Part shown: one piece after another, positions 1-10,822 of the stretch | Numbering within the stretch: position 1 is the first letter of the stretch | Layout: each line of letters begins with the position of its first letter | Source: Thermodesulfobacteriota bacterium | GTDB taxonomy: Bacteria > Desulfobacterota > Desulfobulbia > Desulfobulbales > SURF-16 | Reading direction: 5' to 3' | NCBI GenBank assembly: GCA_040755455.1 | Contig: JBFMAY010000042.1 | Span: 1-36,848 of the forward strand | Length of the DNA stretch: 36,848 nucleotides | Made by a program: the position numbers and the translations under genes | The notes under the pieces: model-generated | What the model was told of the DNA's origin: nothing | The model's database searches: none | Seen by the model: the letters and a program-made list of their open reading frames with translations, nothing else

Positions 1-1223
1 TGCAGGGTGGGGAATTCGCCGACCATGTTCGTCACCAGGTCCGCTTTGGCAAGCCGGGCGGCCCGCTCCGCGGTGGCAAGCATATCCGGGGCGATTTTTT
101 TGCACAGAAAGGCGGTCAGTTTTACCAGGCGCTCCGTTTTATCCAGCATCGTCCCGAGCTGGGCCTGGAAAACGACGCCGGCCAGATCTTGCAGGCGCTC
201 TTCCAGTTTGCGCTGCCTGTCCTCCTTGAAGAAAAAGAGCGCATCCTCAAGCCGGGCGCGCAGCACCCTTTCATGGCCCGCGGCGGCCATGGTCATGTCT
301 TCGATTTTCGTGTTGTTCACGGCCACGAAGTTGGCCATCAGGTTACCACCCTGGTCCGCCACGGTGAAATATTTCTGGTGCACCCGCATGGAGGTGATGA
401 GAACTTCCGGGGGCAGGGCAAGAAACTTATCGTCAAAACTGCCTTTGATGCCCACGGGAAATTCCACCAGATTGGTGATCGTGTCAAGCAGGTCACTGTC
501 GGCCACGATCCGGCCCCCGGCCTCTGCGGCGGCTTTTGTCACTTCGCTCTCCACCATGCCGCGCCGTTCAGGGATGTCGGCAACAACATAATGGTTGCGC
601 AACACGGCAAGGTAATCGGCGAAATCTTGTACCGGCACCTCCTGCGGCGCCATGAAACGATGGCCGCGGGTGGTGTTGCCGGAGGGCAGATCATTGATGG
701 CAAAGTTAACCACCTTGCCGGCAAAAAGGGCGAGAAGCCACTGGATGGGGCGGGCAAAACCGGCCCGGTAGGCGCCCCAGCGCATCGACTTGGGAAAGGG
801 GATGGTGAGAATAAACTCCGGCAGCAGGCGGGCAAGGATGTCTGTTGTTTGCTCGCCTTTGTGCTCCTGGACCAGCATCAGGTATTCACCTTTGGCCGTG
901 GTGACAATGCGGATGTCCTCAAGGGCTGCCCCGCGGGATTTGGCAAAGCCGATGGCGGCTTTGGTGGGGTTGTCGGCACTGTCAAAAGCGGCTTTTTTCG
1001 GGGGGCCAAGGACCTCTTCTTGCCGGTCGGGCTGGCAGGCGCTGAGCCCCTGGACGCAGATCGTGAGTCTGCGCGGCGTGGCTGCGGTGCGGATGGCGTC
1101 AAAGGAGAGAGACAGTTCCTGTAGTTTTCTGCCCATGGCTGACTGCATGAAATGCAGGGCCGGCTCAATGTAGCCGGCCGGTATTTCTTCCGTGCCGATT
1201 TCCAGTAAAAATTCGTGGTTCAT
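1..1223 (-). CDS. glyS: Glycine--tRNA ligase beta subunit (5' part; runs off the window start)
   Basis: Manual minus-strand translation from ATG at 1223: MNHEFLLEIGTEEIPAGYI...TPRRL...GPP...FPKSMRWG...AKADLVTNMVGEFPTLQ, all typical GlyS motifs. Not in the ORF track because no stop lies inside the window. Confidence 0.95.
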   Translation of the reverse strand, partial: MNHEFLLEIGTEEIPAGYIEPALHFMQSAMGRKLQELSLSFDAIRTAATPRRLTICVQGLSACQPDRQEEVLGPPKKAAFDSADNPTKAAIGFAKSRGAALEDIRIVTTAKGEYLMLVQEHKGEQTTDILARLLPEFILTIPFPKSMRWGAYRAGFARPIQWLLALFAGKVVNFAINDLPSGNTTRGHRFMAPQEVPVQDFADYLAVLRNHYVVADIPERRGMVESEVTKAAAEAGGRIVADSDLLDTITNLVEFPVGIKGSFDDKFLALPPEVLITSMRVHQKYFTVADQGGNLMANFVAVNNTKIEDMTMAAAGHERVLRARLEDALFFFKEDRQRKLEERLQDLAGVVFQAQLGTMLDKTERLVKLTAFLCKKIAPDMLATAERAARLAKADLVTNMVGEFPTL

Positions 1224-1228
1224 ATGAG

Positions 1229-2002
1229 TTAATGTATATAGTTGTGATTGCGGTTCATGCCCTCTTCCGGCCATTCAATGGTGGCAAAGGTGCTGAATCC
1301 TTGAGAGAGATTCTCAACGGTGATGGAACACCAGCTGATGTCAGGATGGCCGGCGAGTTTGATCGCCAGATCCTTGGCGATTTTTTCAACAGAGAGCGTG
1401 TGGCCAGGGGGTTTGCGTGACGAGGCGGACCACCGCAGATTATGGGTGGTGACGTCTTCGGCCATTTCAATCAACTCTTCCAGCCAGATGAAATGTTTAA
1501 AGCGGAGACAGATATTCGCCACTCCCCAGTGACCAAGGGATTCGGGGAGCCCGGATTCCGTCTGCACCGGCACCGGCGGGGAAATGGGCACGGCGACCTC
1601 CAGGGTAAGGTCGTCGGTTTGGTCAAGGGAACCGTGCATTTTGCACAGGTATTCGGCCAGTTCCATCTTGTTGGCTGTCGGGGATTTTTTTTTGAGGAAA
1701 AACGGAAATTCAATTTCCATATGCGCTGCTTCGGCCTGCAGTTTTGTTTTTGTCTCTTCCAGCATGAGCCGGAAACTGCGCAGATTGATGTCGCCGTGGA
1801 AGTGGTTGAGTATCTCGATGAAGCGGCTCATGTGGGTGCCCTTGAACTGGTGAGGGAGATTGACGTACATGTTCACCCTGGCCACGGTCCTCTGCACCTT
1901 GTTGGCGCGGTCAAGCACGGAGATCGGGTAGGAAATGTCCTTGACCCCGACTTTCTTGATGTTGATACGCCGGTGATCGCGCAGGCTCTGGATGTCCTTC
2001 AT
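1229..2002 (-). CDS. folE2: GTP cyclohydrolase IB (FolE2)-like protein, catalytic motifs degenerate
   Basis: N-terminal MKDIQS..DHRRINIKKVGVKDISYPI and KGTHMSRFIEIL are FolE2 signatures; the C-terminal CPC, KRxDE and ESIH motifs are absent. Confidence 0.75.
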   Translation of the reverse strand: MKDIQSLRDHRRINIKKVGVKDISYPISVLDRANKVQRTVARVNMYVNLPHQFKGTHMSRFIEILNHFHGDINLRSFRLMLEETKTKLQAEAAHMEIEFPFFLKKKSPTANKMELAEYLCKMHGSLDQTDDLTLEVAVPISPPVPVQTESGLPESLGHWGVANICLRFKHFIWLEELIEMAEDVTTHNLRWSASSRKPPGHTLSVEKIAKDLAIKLAGHPDISWCSITVENLSQGFSTFATIEWPEEGMNRNHNYIH

Positions 2003-2024
2003 TGCGGAATGCTGCCACGGTTGT

Positions 2025-2375
2025 TCAGGACAGATATTTACGGACGGCGCTTTTCAATTCGTCCAGATTGGATGATTTGACAATGTAGTCATCCGAAGCC
2101 CAAGAGGCGAGATCCTGTTTGAATTCCTGGTAAGCGGAGCTGAGAATGACCGGCATGGCCTGGTTGATTTCCTTCATGCGGCGCAGCACGTCAATGCCGT
2201 TCATGCCCGGCATGTTGATGTCGAGAATGACGAGATCCGGGACAATGATATGCAGTTTTTCCAGGGCCTCTTCGCCGGAAAGAGCGGAATGCACTTCATA
2301 GCCTTCTTCCTCAAGTTCCTCCCGGTAGAGCAGATGGATGCTTTCTTCATCGTCAACGAGTAATATTTTTTTCAT
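2025..2375 (-). CDS. Single-domain response regulator (receiver domain)
   Basis: KKILLVDDE, LVILDINMPGMNG (phospho-Asp), ILSS and YIVKS motifs; 116 aa, no output domain. Confidence 0.93.
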   Translation of the reverse strand: MKKILLVDDEESIHLLYREELEEEGYEVHSALSGEEALEKLHIIVPDLVILDINMPGMNGIDVLRRMKEINQAMPVILSSAYQEFKQDLASWASDDYIVKSSNLDELKSAVRKYLS

Positions 2376-2400
2376 GAGCCACCTGTGGTTAAGAGTTCAA

Positions 2401-3399
2401 TCACACCTTCGCTTCCTTGAGGAATTTCGCGGCATCCTCCGGCGGGGTCGGATTAATATAGAAACCTGATCCCCATTCAAAACCGGCAATCTGGGTCAAT
2501 TTGGGCATGATCTCAAAATGCCAGTGAAAATATTCCAGCGGTTCCGAGCGCAAGGGTGAGGCATGCAGGACAAAATTATACGGGACATTGGGGATACAGG
2601 CATTGAGCCGTCGCATGCTTTCCGAAAAAATTGCCGCCAGGGCCTGGAAAGAGGAGTGATCCTGGCTGATATAGGACGAGGCGTGCCTTTTGGGCAGGAT
2701 CCACATTTCAAACGGAGAACGCGGGGCATATGGGGCGATGGCGAGAAAATAATCGTTCTGACAGACGACCCGGTCTTCTGTTTTTATTTCCTGGTGGATC
2801 ATGTCGCAGTAAACGCAGCGCTCCTTATACTTGTAGTAGGAGAGGCTGCCGGTCATTTCCGAGACGATTCTCCCCGGGACGATGGGCAGGGCAATCAGCT
2901 GGGAATGGGAGTGCTCCAGGGAGGCGCCGGCCGCCTTGCCGAAATTTTTGAAGACCATGACATACTTGAAGCGGGGATCGCGGCCGAGATCGATAATGCG
3001 GTCACGGAAAGCGAGAAAGACATCGAGCATTCTGTTCTGCGGCAGGTCGGAAAAGGCTTCGTCATGGTTCGGCGATTCAATGATGACTTCATGGGCGCCG
3101 ATGCCGTTCATCTTGTCGTAGATCCCTTCCCCTTCCTTGTCCAGGTCGCCCTCAATGATCAGGGCCGGGTATTTATTCGGCACGACCCGCAGCGTCCAGC
3201 CCGGGGTGTTGGGCTGATGGTTGATGTCGCCGTAGCTGAGAACCTCCGGCGGCGTGGTCTTCTCATTACCGGGGCAAAGCGGGCAAAATCCCCCCTTGCT
3301 GACACTGTGCTCAACAATAAAGTCGGTCGGTCTCTTTCCCCGTTCCTTGGCAATAATAATCCAGCGGCCGAGGATGGGGTCTTTTCTTAGTTCGGGCAT
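2401..3399 (-). CDS. galT: Galactose-1-phosphate uridylyltransferase (GalT/HIT family)
   Basis: MPELRKDP..RGKRP, CPLCPGNE, VVPNKYPAL, GAHEVIIE, AGASLEHSHSQ (HxHxQ), HWHFEI, AGFEWG. Confidence 0.92.
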   Translation of the reverse strand: MPELRKDPILGRWIIIAKERGKRPTDFIVEHSVSKGGFCPLCPGNEKTTPPEVLSYGDINHQPNTPGWTLRVVPNKYPALIIEGDLDKEGEGIYDKMNGIGAHEVIIESPNHDEAFSDLPQNRMLDVFLAFRDRIIDLGRDPRFKYVMVFKNFGKAAGASLEHSHSQLIALPIVPGRIVSEMTGSLSYYKYKERCVYCDMIHQEIKTEDRVVCQNDYFLAIAPYAPRSPFEMWILPKRHASSYISQDHSSFQALAAIFSESMRRLNACIPNVPYNFVLHASPLRSEPLEYFHWHFEIMPKLTQIAGFEWGSGFYINPTPPEDAAKFLKEAKV

Positions 3400-3445
3400 G
3401 GCTCAATACATGAAGAGAGGGGAATCTTTGGACATCGGCGGCAGC

Positions 3446-3808
3446 TCAGCTGGCCTTTGCCTTTTCATAATCTTCCTGCTTTGTTTTGCAGTGGATGCAG
3501 AGGGTGGTGACCGGGCGGGCCTCCAGCCGGGCGACGCCGATATCTTCTCCGCATTCCTCGCAGACGCCATATTCGTCGTTTTCAATCCGCTCCAGCGCCT
3601 CTTTGACCTTGGCCAGCAGTTTGCGCTCGCGGTCGCGGATGCGCAGTTCGAAATTGCGGTCGGACTCGGCGGTGGCCCTGTCGGTCGGGTCAGGATAATT
3701 GCCGCTGCTGTCAGTCATTTCCGTAATCGTTCTATTCGCTTCAGATAAGAGCTCTTCGCTCATATGCTGTAATTTCAGTTTAAAATACGCCAGTTGTTCG
3801 TCTGTCAT
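3446..3808 (-). CDS. dksA: RNA polymerase-binding transcription factor DksA
   Basis: Coiled-coil tip DPTDRA (DxxD) and C4 zinc finger YGVCEECG...RLEARPVTTLCIHCK. Confidence 0.95.
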   Translation of the reverse strand: MTDEQLAYFKLKLQHMSEELLSEANRTITEMTDSSGNYPDPTDRATAESDRNFELRIRDRERKLLAKVKEALERIENDEYGVCEECGEDIGVARLEARPVTTLCIHCKTKQEDYEKAKAS

Positions 3809-3865
3809 CGCTTAGATCTCCAAATGATTCAGCGTTGCTTTTCCGTGTTATTGAGATGTGCTGAT

Positions 3866-4360
3866 TTATTTCTGGTCGTTGCGGACGTAAGTGCCACTTT
3901 TTCCACCTGATTTGGCTAAAAGCCTGATGTTATCGATCACCATGCCCTTATCCACTGCCTTGCACATGTCGTAAATTGTTAAAGCAGCTATTGATACCGC
4001 GGTAAGCGCTTCCATCTCCACCCCGGTTTTGCCGGTAATACCTACGGTAGCTGTTATCTCTATACAACTCTTTTCCGCATCCAGGCTGAAATCGATGTCC
4101 GCGCGGGTGATGGGCAGCGGATGGGTAAGCGGAATGAGTTCATCCACCTTTTTCGCTGCCATGATGCCGGCCAGCCGCGCCACTCCCAGCACATCTCCCT
4201 TGGCAATGGAGGTGTTGCTCACCAGTTGCAGACACTCCGGCGACATATAAATGACCCCGCCGGCCACTGCCTGCCGGACCGTGTCGCTTTTCTGGCTGAC
4301 ATCGACCATTCTGGCTTTTCCCGCCTGGTCAAAGTGGCTGAACTCTTTGTTCTGCATCAT
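3866..4360 (-). CDS. moaC: Cyclic pyranopterin monophosphate synthase MoaC
   Basis: [61 protein letters not shown]. Start moved to the MM codons after a GGGGA RBS. Confidence 0.95.
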   Translation of the reverse strand: MMQNKEFSHFDQAGKARMVDVSQKSDTVRQAVAGGVIYMSPECLQLVSNTSIAKGDVLGVARLAGIMAAKKVDELIPLTHPLPITRADIDFSLDAEKSCIEITATVGITGKTGVEMEALTAVSIAALTIYDMCKAVDKGMVIDNIRLLAKSGGKSGTYVRNDQK

Positions 4361-4378
4361 TTTCCCCGGCATGAAGGG

Positions 4379-5494
4379 TTATGCCCCCAGGTTGCCTGAA
4401 AAGAGTTTTTTGAAAAAACCTTCACTGTGGTGTTCGTCGTCCTCTGATGCCAGATCGGCGAATTCCTTCAGCAGTTCCTCCTGCCGCCTGCTCATCTTCT
4501 TTGGAATCACCACCTTGACCTCCACCACCATATCACCTCTCTCGCGGCCGCGTAAACTCGGCACCCCTTCGCCGGGCAGGCGGAAGGTCTGGCCGGGCTG
4601 GGTTCCCTTGGGAATTTTCAGATTTTTTTCCCCATGGATGGTCGGCACATCTAATGTGCACCCCAGGGCGGCCTGGGTCATGGACAGCGGCAGTTCGCAA
4701 TAGATGAGATCCCCGTCCCGCTGGAAAAAGTTGTGGGGCTCAACATGGATGATCACATAAAGGTCGCCGTTTGCGCCGCCTTTGCGTCCACCCTCGCCTT
4801 CTCCCCGCAACCGCATTCTGGCCCCGGTATCAACCCCTGCCGGAATTTTCAGTGAAACCTTCTTGTTCTTGGTGACCAGACCGGCGCCATGGCAATCATT
4901 GCAGGGATCGGTAATGATTTCCCCCTGGCCCCGGCATTCCGGGCAAGGGGTGCGGATGCTGAAAAAACCCTGCGATCTGGTTACCTGCCCTGCGCCCTGG
5001 CAGTAGGAGCATGTCTTGTTTTTGCAGCCCGGCCGTATCCCGCTTCCTTCGCAGGTCCAGCAGGTGTCACGCTTGTCGATCTCAAGTTCTTTTTCAACAC
5101 CGTGCACCGCATCCAGAAAGGAAATGGTTAAATCATAGCGCAGGTCGTTACCGGGTACCGGTCCCTGGCTGCGCCGTCTGTTGCCGGCGCTGAAGCCGAA
5201 CAGATCACCGAAAATGTCGCCAAAGCTTGAAAAAATATCGTCAAAATTACCCGGGCCGCTGTAACCGCTGTTGCGTAATCCTTCTGCGCCATATCTGTCG
5301 TAAATCTTCCGTTTTTCGATATCCCGCAAGACCTCATACGCCTCAGCCGCCGTCTTGAATTTCTCTTCTGCCTCCTTGTCGCCCGGATTCTTGTCCGGAT
5401 GGTATTGCATGGCAAGCTTGCGGTAGGCCTTTTTAATCTCATCCGCTGTGGCGGTTTTGGCGACACCAAGAATGTTGTAGTAATCTTTGTCCAT
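4379..5494 (-). CDS. dnaJ: Chaperone DnaJ
   Basis: J domain with HPD, G/F-rich region, four CxxCxGxG repeats and C-terminal substrate-binding domains. Confidence 0.97.
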   Translation of the reverse strand: MDKDYYNILGVAKTATADEIKKAYRKLAMQYHPDKNPGDKEAEEKFKTAAEAYEVLRDIEKRKIYDRYGAEGLRNSGYSGPGNFDDIFSSFGDIFGDLFGFSAGNRRRSQGPVPGNDLRYDLTISFLDAVHGVEKELEIDKRDTCWTCEGSGIRPGCKNKTCSYCQGAGQVTRSQGFFSIRTPCPECRGQGEIITDPCNDCHGAGLVTKNKKVSLKIPAGVDTGARMRLRGEGEGGRKGGANGDLYVIIHVEPHNFFQRDGDLIYCELPLSMTQAALGCTLDVPTIHGEKNLKIPKGTQPGQTFRLPGEGVPSLRGRERGDMVVEVKVVIPKKMSRRQEELLKEFADLASEDDEHHSEGFFKKLFSGNLGA

Positions 5495-5570
5495 CGGCTA
5501 CGATTTTTCCTGGGGCTCGAATAAGTTGTCGGTTCTGTTTGGAGTTTGTCGCGTGATCTCGCCGAAGATA

Positions 5571-5831
5571 TCAGGCGATATCTTCAGTGGTGCTTGCGCC
5601 GCCGTCAGTCTTTTTTCCCGGGGTCTTGTTGTAATCATTAATATTTTCGAAATTGACCTTGCCTGCGGCGATTTCCCGCAGGGACAGCACCACTTCCTTG
5701 TTTTTCCCTTTGATGAGAAACGGTTGCCCGTTACGGTGCTGTTTGACCCTGGCAACAGCAAGGTGAATCAACATAAAGCGGTTTTCATTACCTATCTGGC
5801 CCAGGCAATCTTCTACGGTAATACGTGCCAT
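5571..5831 (-). CDS. rpoZ: RNA polymerase omega subunit
   Basis: [14 protein letters not shown]...A..R...[21 protein letters not shown] upstream. Confidence 0.95.
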   Translation of the reverse strand: MARITVEDCLGQIGNENRFMLIHLAVARVKQHRNGQPFLIKGKNKEVVLSLREIAAGKVNFENINDYNKTPGKKTDGGASTTEDIA

Positions 5832-6101
5832 TAGACACCGTCTCCTTGTGAAATTTGCTGATTATTATAATTTAAACCTATTAAATATAATCTCTTTCTC
5901 CCTTTTGGCAAGATTTTTTAATGGCACGGCAGGCCGGATGGACCATAATGGGCCGGGGCCGATGGCTGTGGATCCGCTTGGGGCGTGTAATAAAGCGTGT
6001 CGTGCCATCCCGGCGGAAATCCGCTGCCATGGAGATTTTCCTGGCCCTGGTCCGTGGCTGGCCCTAAGCAAGGAATTCCTCCCGCCAGGCCAAATGAGTC
6101 G

Positions 6102-6117
6102 AGGCACGGGAAATGCA
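6102..6117 (+). promoter_or_regulatory. Candidate sigma54 (-24/-12) promoter
   Basis: AGGCACG-GGAA-ATGCA matches TGGCACG-N4-TTGCW with exact GG-N10-GC spacing; it faces the lipoprotein/FlgO cluster about 260 nt downstream. Confidence 0.5.
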
Positions 6118-6379
6118 TAAACGGTTCATTAATCTCTCGGCAAAGAGAAAACGATCGGGAAAATTTTTCTGCCGGTTGTATGCTTTTCCGGGCATTGCCG
6201 CCTTCGCTCAAGGGAGAGTATAGTGATTTTGCCCGGGGTTTGCCAGCCTTGCCGATGGGTAATTTTTTCCCGGTAGCAGGCGGGTGAATGATTTTTCTGC
6301 CCCTCCTGCGGCAATTATCGGCGTGGTGGATGTCGGATATCTGACTTTCTGATTATTTTTTGACTGACGGGAATGGGAA

Positions 6380-6625
6380 ATGAAAATAATGGTGATTGGT
6401 TTTTATCTGGTTTGTCTTGCCGGCTGCTCCGCTCTGACGGATATGCGTTCGCGGGTCAACGAGGAAATTGATTCCTATCTGGCTGAAAGAGAAAAAGTGC
6501 ACTATGTGCAGGTGGTTTATCCTGCGGAACTGCGCCAATACCAGGGGGATAGGGAAAATACATCCTATCCCGCCTATTGGCAGAACAGCAGCGACGAATA
6601 TGCTGACTATCAATTTGCCCAGTGA
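6380..6625 (+). CDS. Small lipoprotein of unknown function
   Basis: MKIMVIGFYLVCLAG-C lipobox; 81 aa; Tyr/Gln-rich mature part. Confidence 0.7.
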   Translation: MKIMVIGFYLVCLAGCSALTDMRSRVNEEIDSYLAEREKVHYVQVVYPAELRQYQGDRENTSYPAYWQNSSDEYADYQFAQ

Positions 6626-6677
6626 GGCATTGTTGCTGGCTGGCAGATGGGATGTTGGCAAAAAAATGAGGCGGAAA

Positions 6678-7439
6678 ATGAGATACGCATCCACTGTTAT
6701 GGCTATGGTGTTGGGATTTATTGCCCTTGGCGCGCCAGGTAATGCCGCTGCCGGCAGCGAGTACTCAATGACCACGGGGTATGGCTACGACTATCCCCAT
6801 AGGGTTCCGGCTGATTACGTGTACCGCACCGGCAGGGTTTTCACCCCAAAGGAGGAGCCATTAACCTGGTGGCCGGAGCTGAAGAATTTCTTTATGCGGG
6901 AAAAGCTGCCCGTCCAGGCCGAACTGGCCATGGAATTGAAACTCAAGGTGCGGGAACTGGCCCAGCAGCTGATTGACCATGCCCAGGAGCCCATAAGCGA
7001 TCAGTACCGGGTTATTGTCACAACCTTTGTCAATCTGAACCACCTCTATAAGACCTCTGGTCTGGGCCGGGCCATGGGCGAGCAGATGATCAGCGAATTC
7101 CAGCGGGCAGGCATTGAGGTGGTTGACGTGCGGATGACGCCGTCCATTCAGATCGTGGAAGGCTATGGCGAGTATGGTATGTCCAGGGACATGGACCAGC
7201 TCAGTTATGTGCAGGAGGCCCAGGCCGTGGTGGTGGGAACCTATACCATCAGTGACGGACAGGTCATGGTCAATGCCAGGCTGCTGCAGCAGGGTAACGG
7301 GCTGGTGCTGTCCAGCGGCTCAATTGTCTTTGAGGCCAATAAGCTTGTGCAGGGTTTTTTGCGGGATGAGGCCATGCCCCCAAGAAGAGGCGCCGTCGTC
7401 GAGCTGCATAATTTTGCCGAGATTGCGCCGAAAGAATAA
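6678..7439 (+). CDS. Secreted FlgO-like domain protein
   Basis: Signal peptide ending AAA-G; core VIVTTFVNLNHLYKTSGLGRAMGEQMISEF...GEYGMSRD...AVVVGTY...VMVNARLL...VLSS fits the FlgO domain. Start placed at ATG 6678 after GAGG. Confidence 0.8.
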   Translation: MRYASTVMAMVLGFIALGAPGNAAAGSEYSMTTGYGYDYPHRVPADYVYRTGRVFTPKEEPLTWWPELKNFFMREKLPVQAELAMELKLKVRELAQQLIDHAQEPISDQYRVIVTTFVNLNHLYKTSGLGRAMGEQMISEFQRAGIEVVDVRMTPSIQIVEGYGEYGMSRDMDQLSYVQEAQAVVVGTYTISDGQVMVNARLLQQGNGLVLSSGSIVFEANKLVQGFLRDEAMPPRRGAVVELHNFAEIAPKE

Positions 7440-7458
7440 GCGGGCCGGGAGAAAAGCT

Positions 7459-7839
7459 ATGGTGCGGAAAAAAGCAGGCGTGACTGCCGGAAAAGAGCAG
7501 GGGGCATGGTGGCGCTATGATGTTTTGCCACTCCTGGTAAAAGGACGCGGGCTTGTGGGCTTGGCTGGCCTTGCGGCCCTGTTGGCTGCGGGGGGCCTGT
7601 CGTGCACGCCCAGGGAATATTATCAGGAGCCTCCCGGGAAAACCGCCGGTTTGCAGGCCCTGGACGAATATGCCTGGCGCTGCTACGGGCTCGGGCTTGA
7701 CTACATGGATCAGTCCCGCTACGAACTGGCCAGGCAGCAGTTCTCCCTTGCCGCCTCCTCGGCGGTTTCCAAGACACTGCATGAAGATGCCCTTGCTGCC
7801 ATGCACCGCGCCGAGCAGAGCATCCGCCAACAGCGATGA
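7459..7839 (+). CDS. Putative lipoprotein with a TPR-like helix pair
   Basis: GGGAG RBS; hydrophobic stretch ending GGLS-C; YGLGLDYMDQSRYELARQQFSLA resembles one TPR. Confidence 0.6.
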   Translation: MVRKKAGVTAGKEQGAWWRYDVLPLLVKGRGLVGLAGLAALLAAGGLSCTPREYYQEPPGKTAGLQALDEYAWRCYGLGLDYMDQSRYELARQQFSLAASSAVSKTLHEDALAAMHRAEQSIRQQR

Positions 7840-7934
7840 GCCCGGCGGGGATGCAGCTTGCCGCCGCAAATGGATGATGTTGCTGCCTGGCCTGGTGCTG
7901 ATGGCCGTTGGTTAAAATGGAAGAAGGAAAAGAG

Positions 7935-8531
7935 ATGAACATGACAACCTGCCGCTTTGTGAAGGTTTTTTTTGTCCTCATGACCGTCGCCGTGCTGCTG
8001 GCCGGGTGCTCCGGCGCCAGACGCGGCGGCACCGTCTCGGTTCTCAGCCCTGATTTTTTCGGTTTTGGTGACGATCTGGCCCGGCAACTGGTGGCCAACA
8101 GGCAGGACGGCAGGAAGAGCGGCGAGCGGCTCATTCTCACCACCTTTGTCAATCTTGACGACCTGTATGCCACATCCGGCTTTGGCCGCACCTTGACCGA
8201 AGCGCTTTCCACCAGCCTGTTCAAGCAGGGGTTCGGCGTGGCCGAGATCAGGAAGGCCCCCGGCCTCTTTGTGAAAAGTGACAGCGGCGAGCTGACCCTG
8301 ACCAGGGACGCCTCCCTTATCGCTCAGCAGCAGGAGGCCCAGGCGATTATCGCCGGCACGTACTCGCTGACCCCGACCACGGTCATCGTCAATGTCAGGA
8401 TGCTTGACGCCGGCTCATCGGATGTGCTGTCGGTGGGCGCCCTTGAGCTGCAGCGAAGCGCCAATATCAACTATCTGCTGGCGGAAAAAAAAGGGGCGGT
8501 GGCCGGCCCGATGTCGGCCTATGAACGGTAA
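7935..8531 (+). CDS. FlgO-like domain lipoprotein
   Basis: LLAG-C lipobox; LILTTFVNLDDLYATSGFGRTLTEALS...GELTLTRD...AIIAGTYS...IVNVRML; clear paralog of 6678..7439. Confidence 0.82.
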   Translation: MNMTTCRFVKVFFVLMTVAVLLAGCSGARRGGTVSVLSPDFFGFGDDLARQLVANRQDGRKSGERLILTTFVNLDDLYATSGFGRTLTEALSTSLFKQGFGVAEIRKAPGLFVKSDSGELTLTRDASLIAQQQEAQAIIAGTYSLTPTTVIVNVRMLDAGSSDVLSVGALELQRSANINYLLAEKKGAVAGPMSAYER

Positions 8532-8585
8532 AATGTATCTCCGGCTGCCTGTGCTTGCGGCTCGGAATTGTCCAGAGGAGAGGCT

Positions 8586-9212
8586 ATGCTGCGCTGTTTC
8601 ATGATTTTTTTACTGCTGCTGTCCGGCTGCGCCGGCCATTCCCCCGGCCTGGCCAGGGTGGAGACCGGCTCGCCGGTGGTCTATATTCATCCCCTGGTGC
8701 CCGTGGCCGCGGATTTAAGCAGGGCGTCGGTGGCGGTGCTGCCTTTTATCGTGCCGGACGGCATGGACTCCGACCAGGGCGAGCGGGTGGCCGCGCTTTT
8801 TCAGGATGTGCTGCTGGGCAAACAGGCCTTTCAGACGGTAAAGATGGTCAACAGGCATTACGGGTCGCTGGCTGAGGCCTCGACCATTGCCGGTGAAGCC
8901 GGCACGGACCTGGTGTTGGCCGGCAGGATCAAGTATCTCATGAGCGGGACGGATCTGGGCGGTTCCAGGGTGGAACTGGCCGTGCGGGTCATTGACGTGC
9001 ATACCAACGAAACGGTCTGGTATATCGAACAGGCCATGGACCAGAAGATGGATCATCCCGATGTTTCCCTGGTTCACCGCCTCGGTTCCGTCTTCTCCAC
9101 TCCGCCGGTCCGGGACTCGGCCGGCCCGCCGGTGGCGGCCAACATGCTGGCGCACATTGCCGTTGACATGGCCGACGTCATGGCTGGGGCGCGTTACGTG
9201 GCCAAAAGGTAA
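8586..9212 (+). CDS. Lipoprotein with a CsgG/TolB-N/LpoB-like alpha/beta fold (putative)
   Basis: GAGGAG RBS; LLSG-C lipobox; VAVLPF...AGTDLVLAGRI...VELAVRVIDVHTNETVW pattern typical of that fold. Confidence 0.7.
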   Translation: MLRCFMIFLLLLSGCAGHSPGLARVETGSPVVYIHPLVPVAADLSRASVAVLPFIVPDGMDSDQGERVAALFQDVLLGKQAFQTVKMVNRHYGSLAEASTIAGEAGTDLVLAGRIKYLMSGTDLGGSRVELAVRVIDVHTNETVWYIEQAMDQKMDHPDVSLVHRLGSVFSTPPVRDSAGPPVAANMLAHIAVDMADVMAGARYVAKR

Positions 9213-9217
9213 GTGCT

Positions 9218-9255
9218 ATGGCTGATGAGTTATTGTGCGCCGCCTCATCAGCCAT
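9218..9255. terminator. Hairpin between convergent genes (probable bidirectional terminator)
   Basis: Perfect 12-bp inverted repeat ATGGCTGATGAG / CTCATCAGCCAT with a 14-nt loop between the stops at 9212 and 9268; no strong U-tract. Confidence 0.55.
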
Positions 9256-9267
9256 GGGGCTTTGCCG

Positions 9268-10803
<1,536 letters not shown>

Positions 10804-10822
10804 TTAACCTTGATGAATTGCA

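Noticed and set aside
7..1173. Several long ORFs in the track over 1-1200 (e.g. 189..1124 +)
   Set aside because: Shadow frames of glyS on the minus strand.
5920..6010. Two additional TGGCACG motifs (one per strand) as sigma54 sites
   Set aside because: Neither has GC at the required -12 position.
6130..6379. c-di-GMP-I riboswitch in the long leader (GGCAAACC on the minus strand)
   Set aside because: Lacks the GAAA tetraloop stem and the following GACGCAAAG element; orientation is opposite to the FlgO cluster.
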